From positions 256,001 through 320,000 of the forward strand of contig CAVYQE010000001.1 in the NCBI GenBank assembly GCA_963770565.1: a stretch of 64,000 nucleotides of DNA, given 5' to 3'. The notes under the pieces were generated by a model. The model worked only from the letters and a program-made list of their open reading frames with translations. It had not been told where the DNA came from and searched no databases. The stretch comes from an uncultured Actinomycetota bacterium (GTDB taxonomy: Bacteria; Actinomycetota; Actinomycetes; JAFAQI01). Of this stretch, positions 36,502 through 47,209 are shown piece by piece. Numbering within the stretch: position 1 is the first letter of the stretch; the number at the start of each line of letters is the position of its first letter. The position numbers and the translations under genes were made by a program.

Positions 36502-37051
36502 CTAGGCTGTGAAAAATACTCGATTTGTTGCGGCGCCGGGGTGGGGCGGTTGGGTTGGTTTTTGTTCCGCGCGCTGTGCGCTTCGGAATCAACTCGAGTC
36601 GTGGCCAAGCTGTCGGTCTCGCGTAGCCTCGGGCTAGGCTTCGCAGTTTGTGAGATGGGATCGTATCGACGTTGATGCTGTTTTTGTTCCGGGTTTTGGA
36701 AAGGACGGCAGGAGATCAAGGAACCCGGTAGGGTTCCCAGACATTAGCCGGTGGTTGAGGCCGTCAGGCCGATACCACCGGTCGTGAAATCGAATAATCC
36801 CTTTTGCACCCCGATAGGGGTGCCAGCGCTCTGCGACCCCTACCGGGGTCGAAGTAAGGTTTCGCGTTCCGATACCGGCGGTGTCGGCCTGCGGCCTCAA
36901 CCGCCGGCTAATGTCTGCCATCCCTATCGGGATGAATTCCATGCCACCTCAGAAGTCGGAATTGTGCGAGTACTCGGCGCAACAAAAACCGACCAAAACA
37001 CGAACTCGAATTCCAATTCGACCTGAAACGGTCACAAATTTCACAGCCTAG
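36502..37051. mobile_element. Putative CTAG-bounded MITE carrying REP palindromes
   Basis: ctaggctgtgaaa at 36502 and tttcacagcctag ending at 37051. An inner end-like copy sits at 36634 and a long palindromic insert at ~36725-36932. Confidence 0.55.
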
Positions 37052-37069
37052 CCCCGGCCCCCGCCTCAT

Positions 37070-37442
37070 ATGTAGCCTAGGCATTTATGCCTGGGACCGC
37101 GCCCTCCGTCCGGCGATTCCAGTCCCCTTCAAGGGACTTACCCATCGGGCCGGCTTTAGCCACTGCCGCGCCGGAGGTGCTCGACTCTCCTCGACAAACG
37201 GACGAAGGCTGAAGCCGCCGAAGCGAACCCCGCTAAAGACTGCCGCGTTTTCCTCGATCCGCGAAAATCCGCGAAATCCGCGGCAAAAGAGCCTGTTTTT
37301 TGCCGCGGATTCTCGCGGATTTTCGAAATCGGCAATTCGAACAGCCGAACGACGCCAACTCGACGACCTTTTCCGACTCCCGAGAAGGGTGCCGTCGTTC
37401 TTTCCCTGCCGAATCTCCCCGCATAAATGCCGCGGCTACTTG
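37070..37442. repeat. REP-like inverted pair (gtagcctaggcatttatgc ... gcataaatgccgcggctac)
   Basis: Inverted ends at ~37072 and ~37420-37440. Confidence 0.5.
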
Positions 37443-37588
37443 AAAAAGCCGGCGGCAAATTTCGGTCTGTCGAAACAGCATCGCTCGACCACGCCGCGCG
37501 TGCGAGCGGAAGAAATCGAGGATAAACTTTCGAACACTCGCCGGGCTGATTTTTGACGCCCCGCCCGCGAGTTCATTCGTCGGGATAC

Positions 37589-38113
37589 TCATTCGTCGGA
37601 ATACTGGGGCGGGCTTTTTCCGACGCGCTTCGTGACCTTGGGAAACTTGCCCTTGGGCACCTTGTCGGCGATGGCGACGACATCGATCTGATGCCACCAA
37701 TCGTCGCCGAAGTCGAACCAATAACCGAAAGCGCGATCGACCGTCAGGCCGAGCGACTCGAGCGTCGTTCGATCGACATAGCCGGCAGCCTCCTTGTTTC
37801 CCCCCGGCCCCGACAATATGTCGTCATCCGGCATAACGTACCGCTGGCCGGCCGGGTCCATCGGCCCCTTGCCGAATTGAAACTCATACATATGCTCGTC
37901 CCAGCGATCGAAGGCTGTGAAGATCGCGTCGTGCAAATCGAGCAGCGTTTGGTCGCCGCGAATCTGGATTGTGCGGGAGATGACCGGATTCTTCTCGGCA
38001 AACCGTTCGTCGATCGGGCCGGCGATGACCGCCACGTCGAGGGTGTAAAGCCGGGCGGTGGCCGGTGTCGTTTTTGCGACGAGCGTGGCCGATGCCTTCT
38101 TCTTCCGCGCCAT
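37589..38113 (-). CDS. Plasmid pRiA4b ORF-3 family protein
   Basis: TLLDLHDAIFTAF..WDEHMYEF and YWFDFGDDWWHQI. Confidence 0.88.
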   Translation of the reverse strand: MARKKKASATLVAKTTPATARLYTLDVAVIAGPIDERFAEKNPVISRTIQIRGDQTLLDLHDAIFTAFDRWDEHMYEFQFGKGPMDPAGQRYVMPDDDILSGPGGNKEAAGYVDRTTLESLGLTVDRAFGYWFDFGDDWWHQIDVVAIADKVPKGKFPKVTKRVGKSPPQYSDE

Positions 38114-38262
38114 CGCTGGTCCTTTCTGTTTTGTGTCGATCGACCTGGCGTTTTTCGGAACCTGCGCCGCACGGCCAGCTTAACAAATCGGCGGAAATCG
38201 GTGAAGTCGATTTTGTCGCCGCATTGCCGCATGTTGGCGGATCGAACCGGACGGGGCACTGG

Positions 38263-39360
38263 ATCGTGCCACTGCCAGCCAACCGCCGCGGTTGTCGATG
38301 CGGCAAGCGTCGGCCTGTTCGGCGGTTGGCAAGCCGTGCGGCGCTCCGGTTGCCGCGAGCACTGCTTGGCGGCGGCCGCCGTGATTCCCCGCGAGTCTTG
38401 GCCCAGGGGAGTGGCCGCCAAGCCGTGGCACGATTCATGGGGAGCCAAAAACGAGCCGCGCGCGTATAATCCAGGCGTCGCCGAGTTTCCATCGAGAGAA
38501 TCGAGGTCGATTACGATGCCATCTCTGTTTTGGTGGGATTTGCGGTTGCTGCTGTGGATTTCGCCGGCCCTGATTCTGGGCCTGTGGGCGCAGTGGCGGA
38601 TCAGCATGACGTATAACGCGGCCCAGCGGCAGCCGGCCCCGTTGAGCGGCGCGGCCGCAGCGCGGCACATTCTCGATTCGGCCGGACTGCAAGATGTCGC
38701 GATCGAGGAAGTGCCGGGCCATCTGACGGATCATTACGACCCCACCCAGCGCGTGCTGCGGCTCAGCAGCGACGTCTATCGCAGCCAGACGTTGGCCGCG
38801 GTCGGAATCGCCGCGCACGAATCGGGGCACGCCCTGCAACATGCCCAGCAATACGCTCTGATGGGCATTCGCAACGCCGCCGTGCCGGTGGCCAGTTTCG
38901 GCAGCGGGGCGGGAATGCTGCTGCTGATTCTGGGAATGGTGCTGAATTTCAAGATGCTGTTTCTGCTCGGCGTCGTGGCCTTTGCCGGCGTGGTCTTCTT
39001 TCAAGTCGTCAATCTACCGGTCGAATACGACGCCAGCCATCGGGCCAAGCTCCAATTGGTCGAATTGGGAATCGTGCCGCAGGCGGAAATGGTCTACGTC
39101 AACCGCGTGCTCAACGCGGCGGCCCTGACCTACGTCGCCGCCACGCTCCAATCGATCCTGACGCTGCTCTACTATCTGTCGATGCTCTCGGGCAGCGATC
39201 GACGAAGCTGAACGGCGCTGCTGCCCGGGCGCCGAATCGTGCCACTGCGAGCCAACCGCCGCGGTTGTCGGTGCGCCAAGCGTCGGCCTGGTCGGCGGTT
39301 GGCAAGCAGTGCGGCGCACCGGTTGCCGCGAGCACTGCTTGGCGGCTGCCGCCGTGATCT
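38263..39360. repeat. ~125-bp direct repeats flanking the zinc peptidase gene (38263-38386 and 39236-39360)
   Basis: atcgtgccactgc..gccaaccgccgcggttgtcg...ccggttgccgcgagcactgcttggcggc.gccgccgtgat occurs on both sides. Confidence 0.8.
38516..39211 (+). CDS. Membrane neutral zinc metallopeptidase (YugP-like)
   Basis: [26 protein letters not shown] and AAALTYVAA. Confidence 0.92.
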   Translation: MPSLFWWDLRLLLWISPALILGLWAQWRISMTYNAAQRQPAPLSGAAAARHILDSAGLQDVAIEEVPGHLTDHYDPTQRVLRLSSDVYRSQTLAAVGIAAHESGHALQHAQQYALMGIRNAAVPVASFGSGAGMLLLILGMVLNFKMLFLLGVVAFAGVVFFQVVNLPVEYDASHRAKLQLVELGIVPQAEMVYVNRVLNAAALTYVAATLQSILTLLYYLSMLSGSDRRS

Positions 39361-39631
39361 CTCGTGGTGCTTGGTCACCGGTGGCAGCCGCCAAGCAGTA
39401 GCACGATCGGGCGTGTTGATCGTTCTCGGGTTTCCGCGGTGTCGCCAAGAAGTCTTGCCACACCCTCCGGAATCTCCGAAATCCGGCGGGTTGACCGGGC
39501 GTTGCGGGGGATTTAGAGTGTAGGTTTGCCCGGTGCGTTGGCCGGGGCGGATGGCCGATGCGGTCTCGAAAGGCCGGCCATTTGCCTTCCCGGCGGCGCG
39601 GGTGGTCGTGAAATTCCCGGTGGTCGTGGAC

Positions 39632-40428
<797 letters not shown>

Positions 40429-40534
40429 GCGGCCCGGCAGGTCGCCTGCAAAGGAAGGCGGCAGACCGACAGGACATGTGTTTTCGCCGTGCTCGACTCC
40501 AGGGGTTGCGCCGGCATAGCTCATCCGATACGCC

Positions 40535-41707
40535 ATGAATCCTCATACCTCCAACACCGACGACAGCGCAACCGAGTTAACCGAAGACCGCTTCCTGTTG
40601 CAGCGTCAGGAATTGGAAATCGACAAATTGTTTCGCGCGCTGGTCAAGCTCGAAGGGAGCGATCTGCATCTCAAGGTCAGCCGGCCCCCTTATGTCCGCG
40701 TGCATGGCACCTTGCGGCCGATGAATCGCGGCCCGCTGGACGACGCCGAGGCCGTGCGGCTGATCATGCCGATGTTCAATGCTTATCGCCGCAAGATTCT
40801 CGACGAGACCGGCGGCGCCGATTTCGCCTATGTCGTCGACGTCGACGGCGAGCCGTGGCGATTCCGCGTGAACGTTTTGCAGCAGCAGGGCCATTTGGGC
40901 ATGGTCGCCCGCCGCGTGAGCCGATTCATTCCCGATTTCGCCAAGCTGAATCTCCCGCCGGTCATCGAGAAACTGTGCAAATTCGATCAGGGGATGGTCT
41001 TGTTGGCCGGGGTGACCGGGTCGGGCAAATCGACGACGATCGCCTCGATGCTCGACTTCATCAACCACAACTACCGCAAGCACATCCTGACGCTCGAAGA
41101 CCCGATCGAATTCACCTTCACCGAAGACAAATGCCTGATCAATCAGCGCGAGATCGGCATCGACGTGGTGGATTTCGAGTTGGGGATGAAGCACGCCGTC
41201 CGCGAGGATCCCGACGTGATGCTGGTCGGCGAAATGCGCGATCGCACCTCGTTTCACACGGCGATTCAGGCGGCCGAGACGGGGCATCTCGTGTTCGGCA
41301 CGATCCATGCCTCGACCGCCCCCTCGACGATCGGCCGTATTCTCAATCTGTTTCCGCAGGAGATGCATGCCGAATTGCGCAGCGCCATCGCCCAGAACAT
41401 GAAAGCGATCATCGCGCAAAAGCTGCTCCCTTCGATCAAGCCGGGGGTCGGGCGGGTGCCGACCGCCGAGATCATGATCTTCAATCCCACCGTGCGCAAG
41501 CTGATCCTCGAAGGCCGTGACGAAAAACTCGGCGATTTGATCCGGATGTCGATCAAGGAGGATATGCAAGATTTCACACACAGCTTGAAGAGTCTCGTCG
41601 ATCGGGAGTTGATCGACCGCGCGGTTGCGCTGGAGGTGGCGCCCAACGTGGAAGCGCTGAAGATGGCGCTCAAAGGCATCGACGTCTCGCAACCTGGAAT
41701 CCTTTGA
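40535..41707 (+). CDS. PilT/PilU-family type IV pilus ATPase
   Basis: [37 protein letters not shown] and [13 protein letters not shown]. Confidence 0.93.
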   Translation: MNPHTSNTDDSATELTEDRFLLQRQELEIDKLFRALVKLEGSDLHLKVSRPPYVRVHGTLRPMNRGPLDDAEAVRLIMPMFNAYRRKILDETGGADFAYVVDVDGEPWRFRVNVLQQQGHLGMVARRVSRFIPDFAKLNLPPVIEKLCKFDQGMVLLAGVTGSGKSTTIASMLDFINHNYRKHILTLEDPIEFTFTEDKCLINQREIGIDVVDFELGMKHAVREDPDVMLVGEMRDRTSFHTAIQAAETGHLVFGTIHASTAPSTIGRILNLFPQEMHAELRSAIAQNMKAIIAQKLLPSIKPGVGRVPTAEIMIFNPTVRKLILEGRDEKLGDLIRMSIKEDMQDFTHSLKSLVDRELIDRAVALEVAPNVEALKMALKGIDVSQPGIL

Positions 41708-43500
41708 TGGCTCGCATTCGGAAGGCGTTTCTCGCCGCGGCGGTCCGGCTGACGACCGCGGGGGCCGTGGCCCTGTTGTTGCTGGCCGACGTGCAATCCG
41801 CGTGGGCCGATTCGACCGGCCCGTGGCCCAATATGGACGCCCCCTTTCACCGCGGGCCCGGCGGCTATCTCAGCATCACCAAGATCGTCCTCTGCTGGCT
41901 CTTGTTTCTGCTGTGGGTCAAGACGACCGATTTCGTCAGCCAGGATTGCCAGCGGATGCGGCTGAGCTACGTGCTCTGGAACTCGGTCGTGTTCTTCAGC
42001 TTCGTCGGGGCCTTTCTCTTGCTGTGGATGATTCCGCTGTTCGGGATCGGGTTTCTCCTGCTGCTGGTGGCCTATGCCGCGCCGTTGACGACGTACGTCA
42101 TGTTTCGCAACGCGACGGTCACCGCCGACAAGAAAATCCTCACCGCCGAGCATCTCAAGCATCTCTACGAAACCCGCATCAAGCAATTCGGCGTCAAGGT
42201 CGATCCGGAAAAGAAAAAGGCCAAGAAGGAAGGCCCCCCCGTCGCCTTCACCGGCCAAGGGGGCAAAACCGACCGCGAGAACACCGCCAATGCCCTGCTC
42301 GCCAAGCAGTCGCCCGGCTGGCCCGTCGCCCGCGAATTGATCGCCGACGCCATGAACCATCGGGCCGATGGCGTGATGCTCGACTACACCGAAACGGCCG
42401 TCGGCGTCCGCTATCAGATCGACGGCGTGTGGCACAATTTCGATCCTCGCGATCGGGCCTCGGGCGACGTGATGCTGGCCGTCTTCAAGACGGTGGCGGC
42501 GCTCAACGCCAACGAGCGGCGGGCGAAGCAAGACGGCGCGTTCGGCGTCGAGTTCAAGGGGGTCAAGCGGAATTGCCGCTTCGCCAGTCAAGGCGTGCAA
42601 ACCGGCGAGCGGGTGCTCATCCAGATGAGCGATCCGGTCGATCGGATGTGGACCTTCGAGGAACTCGGGATGCGGGGCAAGCTCGAGGAGCAATTACGCG
42701 AGGCGCTGGGCCGCCCTCAGGGGTTCGTACTGTTCTCGGCGTTGCCCGCCGGCGGATTGACTGCGACCCTCGATACGGCGGTCCGCTCGATCGATCGGTT
42801 CATGCGCGACGTGGCGGCGGTCGAAGACGCGGCCCACCACGAGCATGAGATTCAGAACGTTCAGGTGAGCGCTTTCGACGGCGCCGCCGGCGAAACGGCG
42901 CTGGCCTGCCTGACCAAGGCGGTGCGCAGCTATCCCAATGTGATCGTGCTCCGCGACCTGCCCGACGCCGACACCGTCGATTTCCTCTGCGATCAGGTCA
43001 AATCCGAGCGGCTGGTGATCGGCGGCATCCGGGCCAAGGAGAGCGCCGAGGCCTTGCTGCGGGTGCTGATGCTGAAGGTTCCGGCGAAGACCTTCGCCCC
43101 GGCCGTGACGGCGGTCGTGAATCAGCGGATGATTCGCAAGCTCTGCGAGAAGTGCAAGGAGGCCTACAATCCGCCGGCCGAGACGCTCAAGCAGCTTGGC
43201 GTGCCGGCGGGTCGGGTGCAGGCGCTGTATCGGCTGCCGTCGCCGCCGCCGCCGGGCGAAAAAGCGCCGCCCCCCTGCGACGAGTGCGGCGGCATGGGCT
43301 ACAAAGGGCGGACCGCCATTTTCGAATTGCTGATCGTCAACGACGCGCTGCGGCAAGTGCTTCGGACGACGCCCAAGCTCGATCTCGTTCGTGCCGCCGC
43401 CCGCAAGGCCGGGATGAAGACGATTCAAGAAGAAGGGATCGTGCTGGTGGTGAAAGGGACGACGTCGCTGCAAGAGTTGATGCGGGTGTTGAAGGGGTAG
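41707..43500 (+). CDS. GspE/PilB-like protein with N-terminal TM helices and degenerate Walker motifs
   Basis: VRYQIDG, QRMIRKLCEKC...CDECGGMGYKGRTAIFELL. The Walker A position reads ALPAGGLT. Confidence 0.85.
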   Translation: MARIRKAFLAAAVRLTTAGAVALLLLADVQSAWADSTGPWPNMDAPFHRGPGGYLSITKIVLCWLLFLLWVKTTDFVSQDCQRMRLSYVLWNSVVFFSFVGAFLLLWMIPLFGIGFLLLLVAYAAPLTTYVMFRNATVTADKKILTAEHLKHLYETRIKQFGVKVDPEKKKAKKEGPPVAFTGQGGKTDRENTANALLAKQSPGWPVARELIADAMNHRADGVMLDYTETAVGVRYQIDGVWHNFDPRDRASGDVMLAVFKTVAALNANERRAKQDGAFGVEFKGVKRNCRFASQGVQTGERVLIQMSDPVDRMWTFEELGMRGKLEEQLREALGRPQGFVLFSALPAGGLTATLDTAVRSIDRFMRDVAAVEDAAHHEHEIQNVQVSAFDGAAGETALACLTKAVRSYPNVIVLRDLPDADTVDFLCDQVKSERLVIGGIRAKESAEALLRVLMLKVPAKTFAPAVTAVVNQRMIRKLCEKCKEAYNPPAETLKQLGVPAGRVQALYRLPSPPPPGEKAPPPCDECGGMGYKGRTAIFELLIVNDALRQVLRTTPKLDLVRAAARKAGMKTIQEEGIVLVVKGTTSLQELMRVLKG

Positions 43501-43619
43501 CGCGTCGGGAAGACGCCGCGGAGGAGGAAGAGTAGGATCAGGATCGGGAAGCGGATTGGGATCAAGAGGTGCGCTGCGCGGGAGCACTGCGTTTGGGGAA
43601 GGGCCAAGCGAGGTTTGTC

Positions 43620-44256
43620 ATGTATGTCGATTTGGTTTTGTTGGTGGTCTTTTTCGCCGTGGTGGCGATGTTGGTTCGCGAGGGGTTGTGGAGCAATGCC
43701 ATCTCGTTTTTCAACGTGATGACCGCGGCGATGCTGGCCTCGAACTATTTCGAGACGCTGGCCGATTGGCTCACCAAGAAATTCCCGTCTTACACCTATT
43801 TGCTCGATTTTCTCTCGCTGTGGGCGATCTTTTGCGCCGTGCTCATCGTATTGCGCTTGTTGACCGACAGGATTTCCCGCGTCAAAGTGCGGTTCAAGAT
43901 GCCGGTGGAATGGGCGGGAGGGATCTTTTTCGCGCTGTGGGTCGGCTGGATCATGGTCTGCTTCACGACATTCTCGCTGCACACCGCCCCGCTGGCCCGC
44001 AACAGCTTCGGGGGTGATTTTCAACCGACGCCGACGAGCGACATGTTTTTCGGCTTGGCCCCCGATCGGCAATGGCTCGCCTGGATGCATACGATGTCGC
44101 TGGACGGCGCGGCTCGCCCGCGGCCGCCCCGAGGGAAACAAAACCCTGAACGTGTTCGATCCCCATGCCGATTTCATCCTCCGCTACGCGGCCCGCCGCA
44201 AGGCCTTCGAAGATGCCAGCTCGCTGCGCGTCAGGCCGGGCGAAACAAAATACTGA
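43620..44256 (+). CDS. CvpA-family membrane protein
   Basis: REGLWSNAI...ASNYFETLA, four TM helices and LHTAPL. Confidence 0.7.
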
Positions 44257-44271
44257 GTCGAACACGAGGGT

Positions 44272-44403
44272 CCTGTCCAAGAACCGGCCGCGGCGAGGCA
44301 ATGCTCGCCGCGAAAGGGGTCGGGAGTCGATTTCGCCCGCTGAACGACCCTCAGTGCCAACCGGCATCATGGCGAAATCGACTCCCGACCCTCTTTGGCA
44401 ACG
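44272..44403. mobile_element. Partial inverted copy of the 178-bp MITE
   Basis: Reverse complement of the internal part of 17270-17447. Confidence 0.7.
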
Positions 44404-44491
44404 GCGGCCGGAAGCCACCGCTACGCCCGCGCTGGCAATCGACTCGTCGCCCGATCGGATCGAAAAAACCTGTGATGGTCTGTAGGCCCTT

Positions 44492-45229
44492 ATGTCGCCG
44501 TCCGCGCACCACGATTCGTTGCCGGAGCATCCCGATCCCGATCTGACGGCGTATCGGCCCGTGAGCGGCTGGGGGGTGGCGGCGTTGTTGGTGGGGCTCG
44601 CGTCGGCTGTGGCCTTGGCCCATCCGCTGTTGTGGTCGGTGCCGCTGGTGGGCGTGGTCGTGGCCGTCATCGCACTCCGGCGGATTCGGCGATCGGAGAT
44701 CAAGCTGCTGGGGCGCAAAGCGGCGATCGTCGGCCTGGCGTTTTCCTTGATCTACGGCGTCGCCGCGCCGGCCCACCTGTTGAGCCGGAATCATTGGCTG
44801 GCGGCCAGGGCGCAACGGCTGGCCGACGAGTTTATCGAACTCGTCCGCACGCATCAGGTCGATCGCGCGTTTGCCTTGACGCTCAAGTCGGCCGAGACCT
44901 ACTCGCCGCGCCGCCGCCCGATGCCGGGCGAAAACCCCGAAACGGCGCCGAAGACCCAGGAAGAGGCGTTTCTGGCGGAGCCCCCCGTCTCGACGCTCGT
45001 CTCGCTGGGGACGAAGGCCCACATCACGCACCTCGAAACCGTGGTTTATATCGTCGAGGGGGGCCGGCAATCGGTCGGCGTGCTCTACGAAGTTCACTAC
45101 CAGGGGGAGCACACGCTCAACCCGCTCGAAGTGCTCGTCTACGTCGAGCAATCGTTCGACGCCAAAGGGCACGAGCGATGGTGGATCAGCAGCGTCTCGA
45201 CTCCCCCCTTGCCGCAGCTCTCGATGTAG
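44492..45229 (+). CDS. Hypothetical membrane protein (DUF4190-like N-terminus)
   Basis: YRPVSGWGVAALLVG...ALRRIRRS...GRKAAIVGL. Confidence 0.7.
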   Translation: MSPSAHHDSLPEHPDPDLTAYRPVSGWGVAALLVGLASAVALAHPLLWSVPLVGVVVAVIALRRIRRSEIKLLGRKAAIVGLAFSLIYGVAAPAHLLSRNHWLAARAQRLADEFIELVRTHQVDRAFALTLKSAETYSPRRRPMPGENPETAPKTQEEAFLAEPPVSTLVSLGTKAHITHLETVVYIVEGGRQSVGVLYEVHYQGEHTLNPLEVLVYVEQSFDAKGHERWWISSVSTPPLPQLSM

Positions 45230-45693
45230 CGGATCGCCAAGCGGGCCGCCCCTTGTCGCCTTTTGCTCCGCAAAAGAGCGCCCCGTCTCAAGAGCGCCCC
45301 GTGTTCGGCGGCCATGCGCCGCGAGCTGCGCTCAGCGGCCATCGCGCGAGCGGATGATGATCTGCCCGACCAGCGCCCAAATCGCCAGAAAGGCAACGCC
45401 GATCGTCGGGGGAATCAAGTCGGGAGGCATAACGGGCCTGGACGCTTTCGGAGCAGGGGAGCGGGGTGGGCTTCGCAGAAACGTGCGGTTTTCGGATCGC
45501 GGGCAATTGCCGACTTCTTCGCCCAGGGTTGAAACTCCGCGCGGCAGCGCGGCGTGCGTCGGATGTTTTCGGTCGGCCGACGCCCTGCACTCGACATGGA
45601 CGATTGCGGGCCGTAAGACCCGAGAAAGCGGCGAAGTTTCGCCAGTTCACCAGCCGCCGGCCGACGCCTGGGAAGTCGCCCGGTCGCTCGCGC

Positions 45694-45723
45694 AGATTAT
45701 GTACAAAACTGTGTACATAATCT
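45694..45723. promoter_or_regulatory. Perfect 12-6-12 inverted repeat (operator- or recombination-site-like)
   Basis: AGATTATGTACA-aaactg-TGTACATAATCT. Confidence 0.5.
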
Positions 45724-45756
45724 TTCCTATTATTTCGCGGAAAAACCTTCGGCCCT

Positions 45757-45984
45757 TCAAGCACCGCGGCGGCTGATCCGGGCCATCTCGAGCTTGGCGC
45801 ACGACTGGGCGGCCCACCGCTCGAGGTGGGCCAGCCACAGGTCGGCCTTCTTGCCGTGAATCGAAAGCACCGTCTCCGGCTCGCTTCGCAGGATGCCGGC
45901 CATCTGCCGCAAATCTGCGGCAATATCGAGAATCCGCAAGGCCGTCTGGTCCAAGCGGTCGGCATCGTAGGGCGAGAGCGTCAT
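45757..45984 (-). CDS. Hypothetical protein
   Basis: GGAGG RBS, then MTLSPYDADRLDQTALRILDIAADLRQMA. Confidence 0.65.
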   Translation of the reverse strand: MTLSPYDADRLDQTALRILDIAADLRQMAGILRSEPETVLSIHGKKADLWLAHLERWAAQSCAKLEMARISRRGA

Positions 45985-46262
45985 GGGATCGGCCTCCTGA
46001 TCCGCGGGAATTCCCAATGCCGCGCGGGCGGCGCCGGCGGGCGGTTCGGCCGCGCCGCCGGCGATTCAGAGCGCGACGAAGGCCTCAGTATACGTGCCGG
46101 TGAAAATGTGTCAATAAATGTCCAAAATAACTCTTGCAAGTGGGCCGCGGTATTATGTACATAGGTACACTATAAGCCCAGCCGGCCGCGGCGCTCCGCC
46201 GCCCAGCGCCAGGCCGCTCGATCGTCACGCCGGGCATAACCGATTTTCCGGAGGAGTGCGTC

Positions 46263-46589
46263 ATGGTCCCTTCGTCTTTTCCCGCCGCCCCCAGCGATGC
46301 TCTCGATGATTCCCTCAACCGCCCGACGGCTCTGCGAGAACCGCCGCCCCCGGCCGGAGATCCCGGCGACCGGCCGGCCGCAGGGGACGACGAGCCGGAA
46401 TTTGCCGAACCGGACTTTGCCGGGCCGGATTTCGCCGAGCCGGATTTCGACGAGCCGGATTTCGACGATGCCGACGAGCCGGACGATTTCGACGGCAGCG
46501 AACCGGCCGATTTCGACTTCGAATTGGACGATGAGCCCGATCCCGAACCGGGCGATTTCTGGGGGGATCCGGATGACGACGACGAATAG
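46263..46589 (+). CDS. Highly acidic protein with EPDF(A/D) pentapeptide repeats
   Basis: GGAGGAG RBS and a C-terminal half dominated by D/E/P/F. Confidence 0.55.
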   Translation: MVPSSFPAAPSDALDDSLNRPTALREPPPPAGDPGDRPAAGDDEPEFAEPDFAGPDFAEPDFDEPDFDDADEPDDFDGSEPADFDFELDDEPDPEPGDFWGDPDDDDE

Positions 46590-46606
46590 CACCAGGAGAT
46601 GCCGAC

Positions 46607-46935
46607 ATGCTCGCCGAACCGCTGGTCGAACGCGTGTTTCGAATGCTCTCGGAGGGACGCGTATCGCAACGCCGAATTGCGAGCTTCACCGGGGTCAGCC
46701 GGGGAACCGTCGGGGCGATCGCCCGCGGCCGGCGGCGGCTCGATCTGCGGCCGAAATGCGCCGACGCCGATCCACTGCGGCCGCTCGGTCCGCCGGCGCA
46801 GTTGCCGAGGTTGCGGCGGGATGGTGTATCACCCCTGCCGGCTCTGCCAGGTCCCGGCACGGGCAGGCGATCAACGCGCGCATCGCGAGGCTGGAGCGAT
46901 CGCTGGATTCGGCCGAAGATGCGGGCGAGGCATAG
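46607..46935 (+). CDS. HTH plus CxxC-CxxC zinc-finger protein, frameshifted
   Basis: AGGAG RBS, SQRRIASFTGVSRGTVGAIARG, then CRGCGGMVYHPCRLC in the next frame. Confidence 0.65.
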
Positions 46936-47006
46936 ATCGGTTTGGGTATTGCTGAATCGCCGCTGCGCAGGTTTGGGAAACTTTTTGCGCGGCATACCAA
47001 GCCAGG

Positions 47007-47097
47007 CGACGGCTCGGGAGAGCCGTGCCTACAGGGGAACGACGGCTCGGGAGAGCCGTGCTACGGGGGAACGACGGCTCGGGAGAGCCGTGCTACG
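47007..47097. repeat. Three tandem REP units (gacggctcgggagagccgtgctac)
   Basis: Same family as 13895-14257 and 57226-57251. Confidence 0.8.
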
Positions 47098-47209
47098 GCG
47101 GCCGGGGATTGAAACTGCCCGCGCCGTCGCGCACATAACAGAGCCTACGGTTCGATCGAGCCGGCCTGCATTTTCCCACCTCCGCTTCGCCATCCCTTGA
47201 GTGACTTCC

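Noticed and set aside
45694-45723. dif site for XerCD
   Set aside because: It has a 6-bp core, but the TTATG/CATAA arms are inverted relative to dif, and it lies near the candidate origin.
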